A stretch of 64,000 nucleotides of DNA from Candidatus Heimdallarchaeota archaeon (lineage in GTDB: Archaea; Asgardarchaeota; Heimdallarchaeia; Hodarchaeales; Hodarchaeaceae). Both the position numbers and the translations under genes were made by a program. Where the stretch lies: positions 1,367,637 to 1,431,636 of the forward strand of contig CP070695.1 in the NCBI GenBank assembly GCA_020353515.1, in the 5' to 3' direction. Every line of letters begins with the position of its first letter. Position 1 is the stretch's first letter. Of the stretch, positions 1 through 9,938 are shown piece by piece. Below the pieces are notes generated by a model. It had not been told where the DNA came from. It saw nothing but the letters and a program-made list of their open reading frames with translations, and did not search any database.

Positions 1-189
1 TAGATGATCAGATTCATTTTCTCTATTTAAGACCTTTAAAATCCGATTCCAATCAGTTATCCACGTTTTATTTCCTTCTTTAAATACATCAGCTTTGGGA
101 ATTTGAAATCGTGATTTCTCAAACACATGAGCTGGAAGATTTTTTCGGGCACGTTTAAGCGCTGCGATGTAATCCTTTTCTGCTGTCAT
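1..189 (-). CDS. eif2b: Translation initiation factor aIF-2 beta subunit, N-terminal part (runs off window start)
   Basis: Not in ORF track. Manual translation from ATG at 189: MTAEKDYIAALKRARKNLPAHVFEKSRFQIPKADVFKEGNKTWITDWNRILKVLNRENESDHL, matching the aIF-2beta N-terminal pattern Y..LL.RA...LP....EKSRF.IP......EGN.T. Confidence 0.85.
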   Translation of the reverse strand, partial: MTAEKDYIAALKRARKNLPAHVFEKSRFQIPKADVFKEGNKTWITDWNRILKVLNRENESDHL

Positions 190-323
190 AAAGTTTCAGA
201 TTCCTTGGAGATTAAATTGTTAGAGTCACTCAGAGATGAATTTCCATACATTTTCTCTTGACAGGAGCGGATCCAACTACCTTTTTAATCCTCTCCCTAT
301 GAAGTCTTAATACGCTGGTTGAC

Positions 324-1127
324 ATGAAACGCCGAAAAGAACACCGGAAAGTGTTTGAATTAATTAAAAATTGTGATTTAGTCCTAGAAGTAGTTGATGG
401 TAGGTTTCCTTTGCTTAGTCGGGTGTCAGTACTTGAAAAAAATCTTCAAAAAACAGGTATTCCTCTTATTATTGTTCTAAATAAGTGCGACTTAGTTCCT
501 CATCATATTTGTGAATATACAAAAAAGATTTTTAGCCAAGAGTATCCAACGGTTTACATCTCTGCTCGAAAGCGTCAGGGTACAAAAATTCTGCGACAAG
601 AGATAGCGAAACACGCTTTGAAGAAGAAAGAAATCCTTATTTCAGCTGTAGGAATCCCTAATACAGGAAAAAGTAGTCTTTTGAATATTCTAAGGGGTAA
701 ACACGTTGCTCCTACAGGACTGAAACCTGGTGTTACAAGACATCTACAAATCATACGCATCTCACAGAAAATCCTGATGTATGACACTCCAGGAGTTATC
801 CCTTTTGATCACCCCAACGAAGAACTCCAAGTCTTTATGGGAGCTGTTTCTATTGATAATTTAGAAGATCCAGTAAAAACATCATTTTATTTTCTTGATC
901 GAATTCGAAACCATTATACAGAGGGTTTTATTCAACGATTTAATATTCCCTCTCTTACAATGGACAATGAAGCAATACTCACTCATATTGCACAGGAGCG
1001 GCGAATGATTCTAAAAGGCGCTCAACCAAATATTACAGAAGCAGCAAAGGTTTTAATGCGTGAGCTAACTGGGGGGATTTTTCCATATTGGGAAGAATTA
1101 AGCGAGAGTATTAAACAGGACAACTAA
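324..1127 (+). CDS. Circularly permuted YlqF/RbgA/YawG-family GTPase (ribosome biogenesis)
   Basis: G4 NKCD precedes G1 GIPNTGKSS, G2 PGVT and G3 DTPG; N-terminal DLVLEVVDGRFP. Confidence 0.9.
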   Translation: MKRRKEHRKVFELIKNCDLVLEVVDGRFPLLSRVSVLEKNLQKTGIPLIIVLNKCDLVPHHICEYTKKIFSQEYPTVYISARKRQGTKILRQEIAKHALKKKEILISAVGIPNTGKSSLLNILRGKHVAPTGLKPGVTRHLQIIRISQKILMYDTPGVIPFDHPNEELQVFMGAVSIDNLEDPVKTSFYFLDRIRNHYTEGFIQRFNIPSLTMDNEAILTHIAQERRMILKGAQPNITEAAKVLMRELTGGIFPYWEELSESIKQDN

Positions 1128-1224
1128 AGAACTCTGAACTTTTCTTACGTAAGAACGAAACAATTTTGAGAAAATTGTATTAAACGTTTTAAATAATTAA
1201 AAGGTGCCTTTTCGGTGTGAAATC

Positions 1225-2658
1225 ATGACAGACGAATCCTATTCTTCGATAATAACATATTCCACTGTTTCAGCAATCGCAGGGCCGTTGGTTTTTGTCA
1301 GAGACATTAAAGGAATTTCTTACGGTGAAATCGTTAATGTCATTGCTCCCAATGAGGAGAAACGTACGGGCCAGGTTTTAGAAGTCTCTGAAGATATCGC
1401 AGTGGTTCAAGTTTTTGAAGGAACCCAGGGACTCGATACCACGAAAACATCCGTTAGGTTTCTTGGTGAAACTATTAAGATTGCAGTATCCCAAGACATG
1501 CTTGGCCGAATCTTTTCTGGAAGTGGAAAAATTATCGATGCTGGTCCTCAAATTTTCGCTGAAGAACATCTAGATATAACAGGAGCACCCATTAATCCTT
1601 ACGCGCGAGAATTCCCACGGGAATTCATCCAGACGGGGATTTCATCTATTGATGGATTAAATACACTTATTCGGGGGCAAAAATTGCCTATTTTTTCTGG
1701 GAGTGGTCTGCCCCATAACAATATTGCTGCCCAAATAGCCAGGCAAGCAAAAGTGTTAGGTAAAGAAGAAGAATTTGCTGTAATCTTTGCTGCAATGGGA
1801 ATAACAACAGAAGAGGCGCGTTTCTTTCGCTCTGATTTCGAAACTACTGGTGCCTTGGAACGAGTTATATTATTCTTGAATCTTGCAGATTCCCCAGCAG
1901 CTGAAAGGTTGATAACACCTCGTATTGCTCTTTCCGTTGCTGAGTATTTAGCTTTTGAATATGATTATCATTGTTTAGTTATTCTTACAGATATGACCAA
2001 TTATGCAGAGGCTCTTCGAGAAATTTCAGCAGCACGAGAAGAAGTTCCTGGACGTCGAGGATATCCAGGATACCTTTATACAGATCTAGCTACCATCTAT
2101 GAGCGTGCTGGCAGAATAAAAGGTAAAAAAGGGACGATTACTCAACTTCCAATTTTATCTATGCCATCTGATGACATCACTCACCCTATTCCTGATCTTT
2201 CTGGTTATATTACAGAGGGACAGTTGATTATTGATAGGGATCTGAATCGTAGGGGTATTTATCCACCTATTGATCCAATGCCTAGTCTTAGTCGCTTGAT
2301 GCGTGAGGGAATAGGTCGAAATAGAACACATGTTACCCATAAACCTGTAGCAGATCAGATGTTTGCTGGATATTCCATGGGAAGGAATTTACGTGATCTT
2401 GTGGCTGTAGTGGGTGAAGAAAGTTTAACTAGTGTTGATAAGAAATATCTAGATTTTGCTGATCGGTTTGAAAAGGAATTTTTACAACAAGGATACTATG
2501 AAGCAAGAGAGATTTTTTACACACTAGAATTAGCATGGGAACTATTATCGGATCTCCCAGAAGATGAATTGAAGCGTATTCCTCCAAAAATGTTACAAAA
2601 GTATCATCCACAGTACCGTGGAGATAAAAAGCTCTCTATTGATGATCCAGAGCCATGA
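1225..2658 (+). CDS. atpB: A/V-type ATP synthase subunit B
   Basis: Motifs [43 protein letters not shown] and [15 protein letters not shown]; ATG at 1225 preferred over GTG at 1204. Confidence 0.95.
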   Translation: MTDESYSSIITYSTVSAIAGPLVFVRDIKGISYGEIVNVIAPNEEKRTGQVLEVSEDIAVVQVFEGTQGLDTTKTSVRFLGETIKIAVSQDMLGRIFSGSGKIIDAGPQIFAEEHLDITGAPINPYAREFPREFIQTGISSIDGLNTLIRGQKLPIFSGSGLPHNNIAAQIARQAKVLGKEEEFAVIFAAMGITTEEARFFRSDFETTGALERVILFLNLADSPAAERLITPRIALSVAEYLAFEYDYHCLVILTDMTNYAEALREISAAREEVPGRRGYPGYLYTDLATIYERAGRIKGKKGTITQLPILSMPSDDITHPIPDLSGYITEGQLIIDRDLNRRGIYPPIDPMPSLSRLMREGIGRNRTHVTHKPVADQMFAGYSMGRNLRDLVAVVGEESLTSVDKKYLDFADRFEKEFLQQGYYEAREIFYTLELAWELLSDLPEDELKRIPPKMLQKYHPQYRGDKKLSIDDPEP

Positions 2659-2877
2659 GATACACATTTGATGTTTCTTTCAGTTACATTGTTAATATTA
2701 AAAGGGATAATAACGTTGAATGGAAAATACCAAAATTAAATCTTTGCTTGATCTCATTATATTAACCAAAATGAATTAAACGATAAAGCTAGAATATGAA
2801 TTGGTATATTTTTTAGAAAAAAGAGAAAAATATTTGGCATAATTTAATAATTAACTAATAAAGTTTATACATGTCTC

Positions 2878-4155
2878 TTGTTAGATAAAAGGATGACATC
2901 GGTTATGGTTAGTTGGAAGGTTAACTTTGCTTTAGGCGGAGTTGACGAGCAAATCGATCTGTTTGACACTGAAACACTCGTTGACTGGGATCCTGAATTC
3001 AAGGGTGAATTGATCGCTGGGTTTTTCAAGACAGATTATACTTGGATCCAAGGACTTAAAGGAGTAACCCGGGATAGTCTGACCGTTCAGCCTATAAATT
3101 GTTTTGTAGTTGTTGGCCGTAAGTGGAGAGATGCTAGAACGAAAAGTATCCCGTTAGGAGTACTTTTTGAGTTTACAGAAGGTGATTTAAGGCTCCGAGG
3201 TGTAGGGCCCAAAAGTCTGTCTGATAAAGCAGGTGGGGATAGTAATATTTTATTGAATCTTGTCTCTGATCTGTTTGATAAACCTGATTTATGGAAAAGC
3301 AAAATAATAATTTCAGCTAAACCTAAAAGCGAATGGAAAATTATTAGTGACATCATTGGAGAAGAACCATGGCTTTTAATTGAACAAGGCCGAAAAGTAA
3401 TGAAAACAGATCCAAGGAAAGCCATGGAGAATTTCACAAAAGCTTACAAGATATTCGACATTTTAGCAGATATAAATGGAAAATTTCATGCCGTATTCGC
3501 TCAAGCTGAGCTTTCACTTGATTCCATGAACTTTGATCTCACTAAAAATCGTTTGGAGGCACTCTGGGAATTTACTAGTCAATTAGGGGATCCAATGCTA
3601 GAAGAAAATATCCTATCATCTGAAGGGATTCTTCTATACGAAAATAGTCTTTTTGAACAAGCCATTACGAAATTTGAACAAGCACTTGAACGTGCTAAAC
3701 GAGCTAATATTCACAGAGCTGTTGTTAACGCATATTGTAATATCGGAGAGTGTTACTTCCGCGTGGGGAAATTTGATGAAGCAATGAAGAATTTCGATAA
3801 ATCTCGCTCATTAGCTGAATCAAGACAGGATCGAAATTCTCTTGCAATTTCACAGGTTAATATGGCTAAGGTATTAGGCCAATACATAAGACAGGGAGAT
3901 AGCTCAAGTGTTGCTCAAGCGGCGTATTATCTCGAAGAAGCGATCCAACATTTTGAGGGACTTGAGGATATGAAAGGACTAGTAATTGCAAATGGTATGT
4001 TTGGTGAGATTGAAGCTTTACAGGGAGGATTTGAAAAAGCGCTAATGCATTTTGAATTTGCTGCTGAAAAAGCTCAAGCGATAAATGAACATCAATTTCA
4101 TGAATTTTACCGACAGAAAGCACAAGAAATGAAAGATCGACTTTATGAGCTTTAA
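2878..4155 (+). CDS. TPR-repeat protein with uncharacterised N-terminal domain
   Basis: C-terminal helical repeats such as AYCNIGECYFRVGKFDEAMKNFDKS. Confidence 0.75.
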   Translation: MLDKRMTSVMVSWKVNFALGGVDEQIDLFDTETLVDWDPEFKGELIAGFFKTDYTWIQGLKGVTRDSLTVQPINCFVVVGRKWRDARTKSIPLGVLFEFTEGDLRLRGVGPKSLSDKAGGDSNILLNLVSDLFDKPDLWKSKIIISAKPKSEWKIISDIIGEEPWLLIEQGRKVMKTDPRKAMENFTKAYKIFDILADINGKFHAVFAQAELSLDSMNFDLTKNRLEALWEFTSQLGDPMLEENILSSEGILLYENSLFEQAITKFEQALERAKRANIHRAVVNAYCNIGECYFRVGKFDEAMKNFDKSRSLAESRQDRNSLAISQVNMAKVLGQYIRQGDSSSVAQAAYYLEEAIQHFEGLEDMKGLVIANGMFGEIEALQGGFEKALMHFEFAAEKAQAINEHQFHEFYRQKAQEMKDRLYEL

Positions 4156-4202
4156 ACATCTATTATTGCCACTTCTCTCCCCAGTTTTAGCAAAATCTGT
4201 TT

Positions 4203-4607
4203 TTATCCGAGAATTTCAGCAATTTTTTTGGCAGATTGTTTCATATCGAGAAATATCAATCCCAGTTTAACTGACCGACTTGCTGAAGTTGTCAATACAG
4301 CTTTAGAACCAGCTTGTACAGAAATCAAGTATCCACTATCCCCCTCCACTAAAATACGAGTCATTTCACCCTTTCCTATCTCCATCACAGCTCTTTCACC
4401 TAAGCTTAAAATTGCAGCAGTCATAGCTGCAACTCGTACGTCATCTAGCCCTGATGGTAATGCTGGTGGCCAGGATGAAATTGGTAATCCCTCCAATGAC
4501 ACCACTGCAGCAAAATCTATGGCTGGTAACTTACTCACGAAAGCTTCGAGTACTTCCGCTATTTCTTTATGCACCTGGGTATCTGTTTCACTATCGGGAA
4601 TGTACAT
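4203..4607 (-). CDS. Roadblock/LC7 (MglB-like) protein
   Basis: AAVVSLEGLPISS, VAAMTAAILSLGERA and KLGLIFLDMK follow the roadblock consensus. Confidence 0.9.
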   Translation of the reverse strand: MYIPDSETDTQVHKEIAEVLEAFVSKLPAIDFAAVVSLEGLPISSWPPALPSGLDDVRVAAMTAAILSLGERAVMEIGKGEMTRILVEGDSGYLISVQAGSKAVLTTSASRSVKLGLIFLDMKQSAKKIAEILG

Positions 4608-5126
4608 TTGGTATACTCCTGTTACTTGTCATTCCTGTACCGTTTCTTTTAAATTTTGTCTTGATGGAAAGATAATTGTGGTTTTACGTAGTTTCTGTAA
4701 AGAATTTATCTATTTTAATCCTTACTTTTAACGACTTATGTGAACTTATGTGATTTTTATTGTTATTATATATAAGAATATCTTATTCCCTAAATTTTAA
4801 CTTGATCCAATATTTGACATTCACTTATTATGAAAGTAGATCAAAGTTAAAAAAAACATGAAGAAAAAAATAGGTTCCTAACACGTAGATAATATGTCAT
4901 ACACATCAAAATTACATTTTAGATAGAGTTGGTATTAATAAAGCTTAGATTCTCTATGCTGTGACTTTGTGATAACATGTTGGAAATAGTAAGTGTTTTC
5001 GTCGGGAAATAATCTAGAAACTGGATAAGAAATACACACACACAAAGTTCAAGTCTATAAACAAAGATCGTTTGTAGCAGAATATGAGTTTATGAGTTTC
5101 TTAGTATTGTAAGAAGTGATCTTATA

Positions 5127-5753
5127 TTAAATCCTAGCTATTTGAGATTCTTTCGTTCCATAAAGCTGAATCATGATGATTTCACGAGCTAATGATTGAA
5201 ATGCTCTCTTCACGCCGAGACCCGTGGTTGCTACAGTTTCATATATAGGGTAAGCTTGGATTTGTAATTTCTGGATTAATTCTGATCTGGGTAATGCGTC
5301 TTCGACATCACGTTTGTTTAGGGTAATCACAAGAGGTATTGATGTTCCTATCTGATCACCTAAATGCGTTTTCAATTCATTAAACGATTCCACATTCTCT
5401 TGATATTGAGATGCACTAGAATCAACAACAAAAATAAGACCATCTACTCCTTGAAGCACAATTTTTCGCTGGTGTTTGTGACGCTCTTGCCCTGCAGTGG
5501 TGTAAACATCAAACACAACTCCAGTAGTAGCTTGCATTGGAACAAAATCAAAAAATAATGTTCGTCCTGTTGGATCAGCTAATTGCGTGAACTTACCTTT
5601 CTCTAGGCCCTCTACTTTGTTATATAACCAAGCTAATGTTGATGTTTTTCCGCCTAAAGATGGTCCGTAGAAAACAATTTTAAATCGGTGACGACCTTCT
5701 GCGTCCTTTCTCAAGTAGTACGTCTCCTCCTTAGGAGGATTAGAATTTTTCAA
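5127..5753 (-). CDS. MglA-like small GTPase
   Basis: KIVFYGPSLGGKTS, RTLFFDF (MglA signature), TAGQ, NKRD; overlaps the upstream roadblock gene. Confidence 0.85.
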   Translation of the reverse strand: MKNSNPPKEETYYLRKDAEGRHRFKIVFYGPSLGGKTSTLAWLYNKVEGLEKGKFTQLADPTGRTLFFDFVPMQATTGVVFDVYTTAGQERHKHQRKIVLQGVDGLIFVVDSSASQYQENVESFNELKTHLGDQIGTSIPLVITLNKRDVEDALPRSELIQKLQIQAYPIYETVATTGLGVKRAFQSLAREIIMIQLYGTKESQIARI

Positions 5754-6234
5754 GTTCTCGTAGTGCTGCTTCTAATTCATCTTTCTCAAGACTAGTACGT
5801 ACCTCAGGAGCCGCAGATGCCACCCCTCCTATCGGCCGTGTTGGTTTTCCTGCTAAAAATTCGTCCAGAATGCTACTGAGCTCTTCATTAGCTTTTCTCA
5901 TGAGTAGACGAATCATTCCAATATTGACTTCAGCATCAGAAATAATTGTCAGAATCCCACGACCACAAGTACTTGCAAAGATTTTACCAGTATCAAATTC
6001 AGAGGTAACGATATCTAATCCACCAATTGTCAGATTTAGTCCCTGTTCAGCTGAAGCCATGAACACAGCTGAAGCAATAGCCCCTATCCCATCCACATCA
6101 ACACTGACATAGCTGAATTTTGAAACATGCGCAATAGTGAGACCAGTTCTATCAACAAGAATCACTTTTTTGATACCTGGTTCGCTTTTAATGATTTTAC
6201 TGAGTACAGTGTCAAATCTTCTGGGGTCTATCAT
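5740..6234 (-). CDS. Roadblock/LC7 (MglB-like) protein with C-terminal extension
   Basis: ILVDRTGLTIA, GAIASAVF, VNIGMIRL; coupled to the MglA-like gene. Confidence 0.85.
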   Translation of the reverse strand: MIDPRRFDTVLSKIIKSEPGIKKVILVDRTGLTIAHVSKFSYVSVDVDGIGAIASAVFMASAEQGLNLTIGGLDIVTSEFDTGKIFASTCGRGILTIISDAEVNIGMIRLLMRKANEELSSILDEFLAGKPTRPIGGVASAAPEVRTSLEKDELEAALRELEKF

Positions 6235-6372
6235 TTAATGTCACCCTAGTTGTCCACAATTCAAAATCATTATTGATTATTAATAAATTTAGCTCATTGC
6301 ATAAAGAGGATCAGATCATGAAAAGGTAACATCTCGAGAAGCAAATGATCATTTTTTTCTGTTTATTGATAA

Positions 6373-7200
6373 TTAGAACAGAATCATCATGAGTAATAAT
6401 AGAAGATTTCCTATAAGAACATCGGTAACGAATCCTAGCAACAAAATAAATACAAATGGAAGGGAAGGTTGAACCCAGATAGAGGTTTTATTTTTGGATT
6501 GAATTGAAGAAATAATTTCCTGTTTTCTCGTAAAATCCGCCTCTGGAGTATCAAGACGTGCTCGAAACTCTACACACCAACCAGTTTCCTCACTGTATTT
6601 TTCTAAAAAATCAAAATGCCACGGTTTCTCTGCAAGTTTTTTTTCAAGATTTAGAGTTTGGTGGGGATAACCAATAAAGCGAATGAAAATTCTTGTCCAA
6701 ACAGATTCGTTTGAAAGAGCATATAGAGTTGGATGCAAACGCTGATAAACAAGATTATAGCAAAATATCAATATTGGGGCAGGGAAAGCAATTAAATAGG
6801 CATTGAAGAATACATTAAGGATTTTTGGAGTAATCTTTACAAGAATTTCGTATGATGGATTTTGGAAAATAAAAAATGGGGGAGAGATTGGAGAAGCTAC
6901 CCCAATTGCAATATAAGCTATCCTATCAGCCTCCCCTCCTAAACCTGAGAAAGTTAGAAACATGGCCAAAGTGATTGCAAAAATGATATTAAAAAATACG
7001 GGTACAAAGTAATTAATGGGTGGTTCATTTTCCAAAATTCGTAAGATTATTTGTATTATGTGGATTATAATTCCTCCTCCTATCATAGTCAACCAAATCC
7101 AATCAGCTACTTCACGAGTCTTGAGATCTTGCCAAGATCCAATTATCAACAAAAAAAAGGTAAGAATAAGAAGAATCAAATTTAACTCTGATCCAATCAT
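6373..7200 (-). CDS. Prepilin peptidase (A24 family, PibD/FlaK-like)
   Basis: Polytopic membrane protein with SWQDLKTREV, GGEAD (GxxD-type) and C-terminal WVQPSLPFV. Confidence 0.85.
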   Translation of the reverse strand: MIGSELNLILLILTFFLLIIGSWQDLKTREVADWIWLTMIGGGIIIHIIQIILRILENEPPINYFVPVFFNIIFAITLAMFLTFSGLGGEADRIAYIAIGVASPISPPFFIFQNPSYEILVKITPKILNVFFNAYLIAFPAPILIFCYNLVYQRLHPTLYALSNESVWTRIFIRFIGYPHQTLNLEKKLAEKPWHFDFLEKYSEETGWCVEFRARLDTPEADFTRKQEIISSIQSKNKTSIWVQPSLPFVFILLLGFVTDVLIGNLLLLLMMILF

Positions 7201-7383
7201 TCCAAGTCAAACCTTTTCCTAATTATTTTGAAGTTATTATTTATATTGATCCTTTCTAATAGAATTATTGGACTACTTTAGGATTTTATCACTTACTACT
7301 AAAGAAGTAATCCTCTAGGAATGGCATAATTTTATTAATCTAAACTCTTTTGAGCGCCTTATTGTAAAGCGCCTTTTTCAATA

Positions 7384-7537
7384 GCCACTGTGGCTTAGTT
7401 TTTGGTTAGATGGCATAATTAAATAGCGTCTACCAGATAGAGTAGCCGGGTTATAGCGCCTCCTTGGTATTTTTCGTTCCAATTTCAGGAGAAAAACGGA
7501 TAGGAGGATGTCGTGGGTTCAAATCCCACCAGTGGCT
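7384..7537 (+). tRNA. tRNA-Thr(GGU) with two introns (7399-7445 at position 15/16; 7470-7501 at 37/38)
   Basis: Acceptor stem GCCACTG/CAGTGGC, anticodon stem CCTCC/GGAGG with loop TT-GGT-A^A, T-arm GTGGG-TTCAAAT-CCCAC. Removing both inserts restores a standard cloverleaf, and both junctions fold into bulge-helix-bulge-like motifs. Confidence 0.9.
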
Positions 7538-7610
7538 TTTTTACTTATTAGATAGAATATCCACATAATAACTTAACAGTTTCGATCGTAACTGTAGAAG
7601 GGACAATTAT

Positions 7611-8225
7611 TTGGATTATAGGAGTCTTTACGAATTATGGCAAGCGGAAAAAGCCAGCTTATCGCTTCTAGAAATACCAGCTGATTTTTATATCTCTATG
7701 GACGGGAAGTTAACCAAGCTCTATCAAAAAACACAAGATCTTGAGTGGGAAGAGCTAGCAGATGAAATAATCGAACGGATGGAGTTTCTTAGAAAAGATA
7801 TCGCACAATTAAGATTAACTAAAATACTGAATTCGGTCATTTACAATATACCCATTGAATTAGATCATACAACGTGGGGAGAACGACGATTAATCAAAGA
7901 ATTAAGAAATTCTATCGAAATGCTTGGCATGGAGAAACCAAACATTTTAGATACTCAGGAAAATCATGCAATCACGAATCTTCAGAACGATTCAGATGAA
8001 GAATCTAGTCAAATTGAGGAGAATAGAGATGCTATTCCCCTATCCCCAAGTAATCTGACAATAAGGATTCTCGATAATGTTGAAGCCTTTATTGGGCTGG
8101 ATATGAAGCGATATGGCCCCTTAGTAAGGCATGATGTCGTACATCTGCCCGTAGAGAACGCTAAAGCGCTAATAAGCAAAGGAATGGCAAGATTGATAGA
8201 AACAGAGATAGAAGAAAATAGGTGA
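7611..8225 (+). CDS. GINS complex subunit (Gins51/Gins15-type)
   Basis: Helical A domain followed by C-terminal B domain IRILDNVEAFIGLDMKRYGPL..HDVVHLPVENAKALI; conserved archaeal context with rps27e-aIF2alpha-nop10. Confidence 0.8.
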   Translation: MDYRSLYELWQAEKASLSLLEIPADFYISMDGKLTKLYQKTQDLEWEELADEIIERMEFLRKDIAQLRLTKILNSVIYNIPIELDHTTWGERRLIKELRNSIEMLGMEKPNILDTQENHAITNLQNDSDEESSQIEENRDAIPLSPSNLTIRILDNVEAFIGLDMKRYGPLVRHDVVHLPVENAKALISKGMARLIETEIEENR

Positions 8226-8231
8226 GAATTA

Positions 8232-8420
8232 GTGAGAAGACGTTATATACCCCAACCTCGTTCAAAATTCTTGAAAATTACCTGTGAATGTGGTAATGTT
8301 CAAGAGGTCTTTTCTCATGCCACATCTCGTGTTACTTGTCGTGTATGTGGAAAAACACTAGCAGAACCTAGTGGTGGAATATCAAAATTATATGGGGAAG
8401 TAATAGAAGTATTAGACTGA
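8232..8420 (+). CDS. rps27e: 30S ribosomal protein S27e
   Basis: PRSKFLKITCECGNVQEVFSHA..VTCRVCGKTLAEPSGG. Confidence 0.95.
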   Translation: MRRRYIPQPRSKFLKITCECGNVQEVFSHATSRVTCRVCGKTLAEPSGGISKLYGEVIEVLD

Positions 8421-8434
8421 AAAGGCGATAGTAA

Positions 8435-9220
8435 ATGGAAACTGGCTTCCCAAGTGTTGGAGAATTGGTAATTGGTACATGTACCAAGCTTACTCCCCAT
8501 GGTGCTTATTTTGAGATTTTTGATTACGAAAAGCTTGGATTAGAAGCTGGATTCGTACATATCTCAGAATTGAGCCGAACTTGGGTAAGAAATATTCGTA
8601 GTCACATTCGGGAAGGCCAAAGAGCAGTAGCGAAAATTCTTCGTGTTGATACCAGTCGGGGGGAGATAGATATGTCCATTCGTCGCGTATCGGAGCCGCA
8701 GCGAAGAACAAAACTCACTGAATTCAAACAGGAAAATCGAGCAAGAGGATTAGTTTCAGTTGCCTGCGAGAAAGTTGAAGGTTCTCTAGATGGTGTTGAA
8801 GAATCCATCTTAGGAAAATTTGGATCTATCTATGAAGGTTTAATACAAGCAAGAGAAAAAGGAGAGAGTATTCTCATAGAAATTGGAATTCCTGAAGTAG
8901 TTGCTCAAGAAATTTATCAACTTGCAATGAAAGAATTACAACCTCCAACTGTACGATTAACTGGCCTATTAAACATAACATGTTATGAACCTGAAGGTGT
9001 GATTATTTTAAAGAATTTTTTCAAATCTTTTAATAAAAGCTTCAATAAGAAGTATAAAGGTTCAGAACTTAATATAAAAGTCATATCTCCACCAGATTAT
9101 CGGTTTGTAGTCGAAAGTGGGGATTGGAGAACTGCAGAAGGTATTTGGAAGGATGTGCAAAAGGAAGCCGAAAAATTTTTTGCTTCTTATGATGCTGAGT
9201 ATTCATTTGAAAGACAATAA
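8435..9220 (+). CDS. eif2a: Translation initiation factor aIF-2 alpha
   Basis: S1 domain PSVGELVIGT..GFVHISELSRTWVRNIR..KILRVD; gene context. Confidence 0.93.
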   Translation: METGFPSVGELVIGTCTKLTPHGAYFEIFDYEKLGLEAGFVHISELSRTWVRNIRSHIREGQRAVAKILRVDTSRGEIDMSIRRVSEPQRRTKLTEFKQENRARGLVSVACEKVEGSLDGVEESILGKFGSIYEGLIQAREKGESILIEIGIPEVVAQEIYQLAMKELQPPTVRLTGLLNITCYEPEGVIILKNFFKSFNKSFNKKYKGSELNIKVISPPDYRFVVESGDWRTAEGIWKDVQKEAEKFFASYDAEYSFERQ

Positions 9221-9237
9221 TACTGTCGGAGATACGA

Positions 9238-9414
9238 ATGCGCCTGTTGAGAAAATGTACATGTAGCTATACTATTGACGAATCAAAGGAAATATGTGAT
9301 AAATGCGGGGAAAGATTTCATAGTGCGTATCCACCAAAATTTTCTCCTTATGATAAATATGCTGATTATAGACGAAAAATGAAAGAACTTGCTAAACAGC
9401 GGGGATCATTTTGA
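9238..9414 (+). CDS. nop10: H/ACA RNP protein Nop10 (58 aa)
   Basis: Below ORF-track cutoff. Manual translation MRLLRKCTCSYTIDESKEICDKCGERFHSAYPPKFSPYDKYADYRRKMKELAKQRGSF carries the PPKFSP.DKY..YR signature; directly after aIF-2alpha. Confidence 0.92.
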   Translation: MRLLRKCTCSYTIDESKEICDKCGERFHSAYPPKFSPYDKYADYRRKMKELAKQRGSF

Positions 9415-9917
9415 CTGAACAATCATCTGTAATCATCCGAAAATTCGAATTAAAAGATTTAGATCAAGTAATGGAGATTAATAAACAGACATTACCAGAA
9501 AATTATCCAGAAAGTTTTTTTCGGACAATCTATGCAGAATTGCCCTCTGCATTTTTAATTGCAGAATTAAACGGAGAGTTGATTGGCTATACAATGGCTC
9601 GGATTGAGAGAGGATTAAGTCATTATTCTATTTTTCATCGCTCAAAAAAGGGACATACTGTAAGTATCGCAATAAAGCCAGAATATAGAAGAAAAGGGTT
9701 TGCGTCGGAATTATTGAAGAAATCTATGGAAGCCATGATCAAACAAGGCGCAAATGAACTTTATTTAGAAGTTCGGGTCTCAAATACTGCAGCTGTATGT
9801 CTCTATAAATCACTAGGTTATGAAATCTTAAAGGAAATTCGTCATTATTATCGGGACTTTGAATCTGCATATTTAATGGTTCAAAAAGTTCCTAAAACCT
9901 CATTAAATACTTCGTGA
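9411..9917 (+). CDS. RimI/Ard1-family N-terminal acetyltransferase (GNAT)
   Basis: LPENYP, GHTVSIAIKPEYRRKGFA, LEVRVSN..A..LY, YYRD.E.AY. Confidence 0.9.
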   Translation: MTEQSSVIIRKFELKDLDQVMEINKQTLPENYPESFFRTIYAELPSAFLIAELNGELIGYTMARIERGLSHYSIFHRSKKGHTVSIAIKPEYRRKGFASELLKKSMEAMIKQGANELYLEVRVSNTAAVCLYKSLGYEILKEIRHYYRDFESAYLMVQKVPKTSLNTS

Positions 9918-9938
9918 GATTTTTATCTTTTAGAGATG

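Noticed and set aside
4228-4731. 167-aa plus-strand ORF and the other antisense or nested ORFs in the track (e.g. 17822-18283, 43260-43730, 45801-46358, 61139-61480)
   Set aside because: They lie opposite or inside genes with clear family motifs and have no motifs of their own; treated as shadow ORFs
5034-5044. Short (AC)n run in intergenic DNA
   Set aside because: Too short to distinguish from chance
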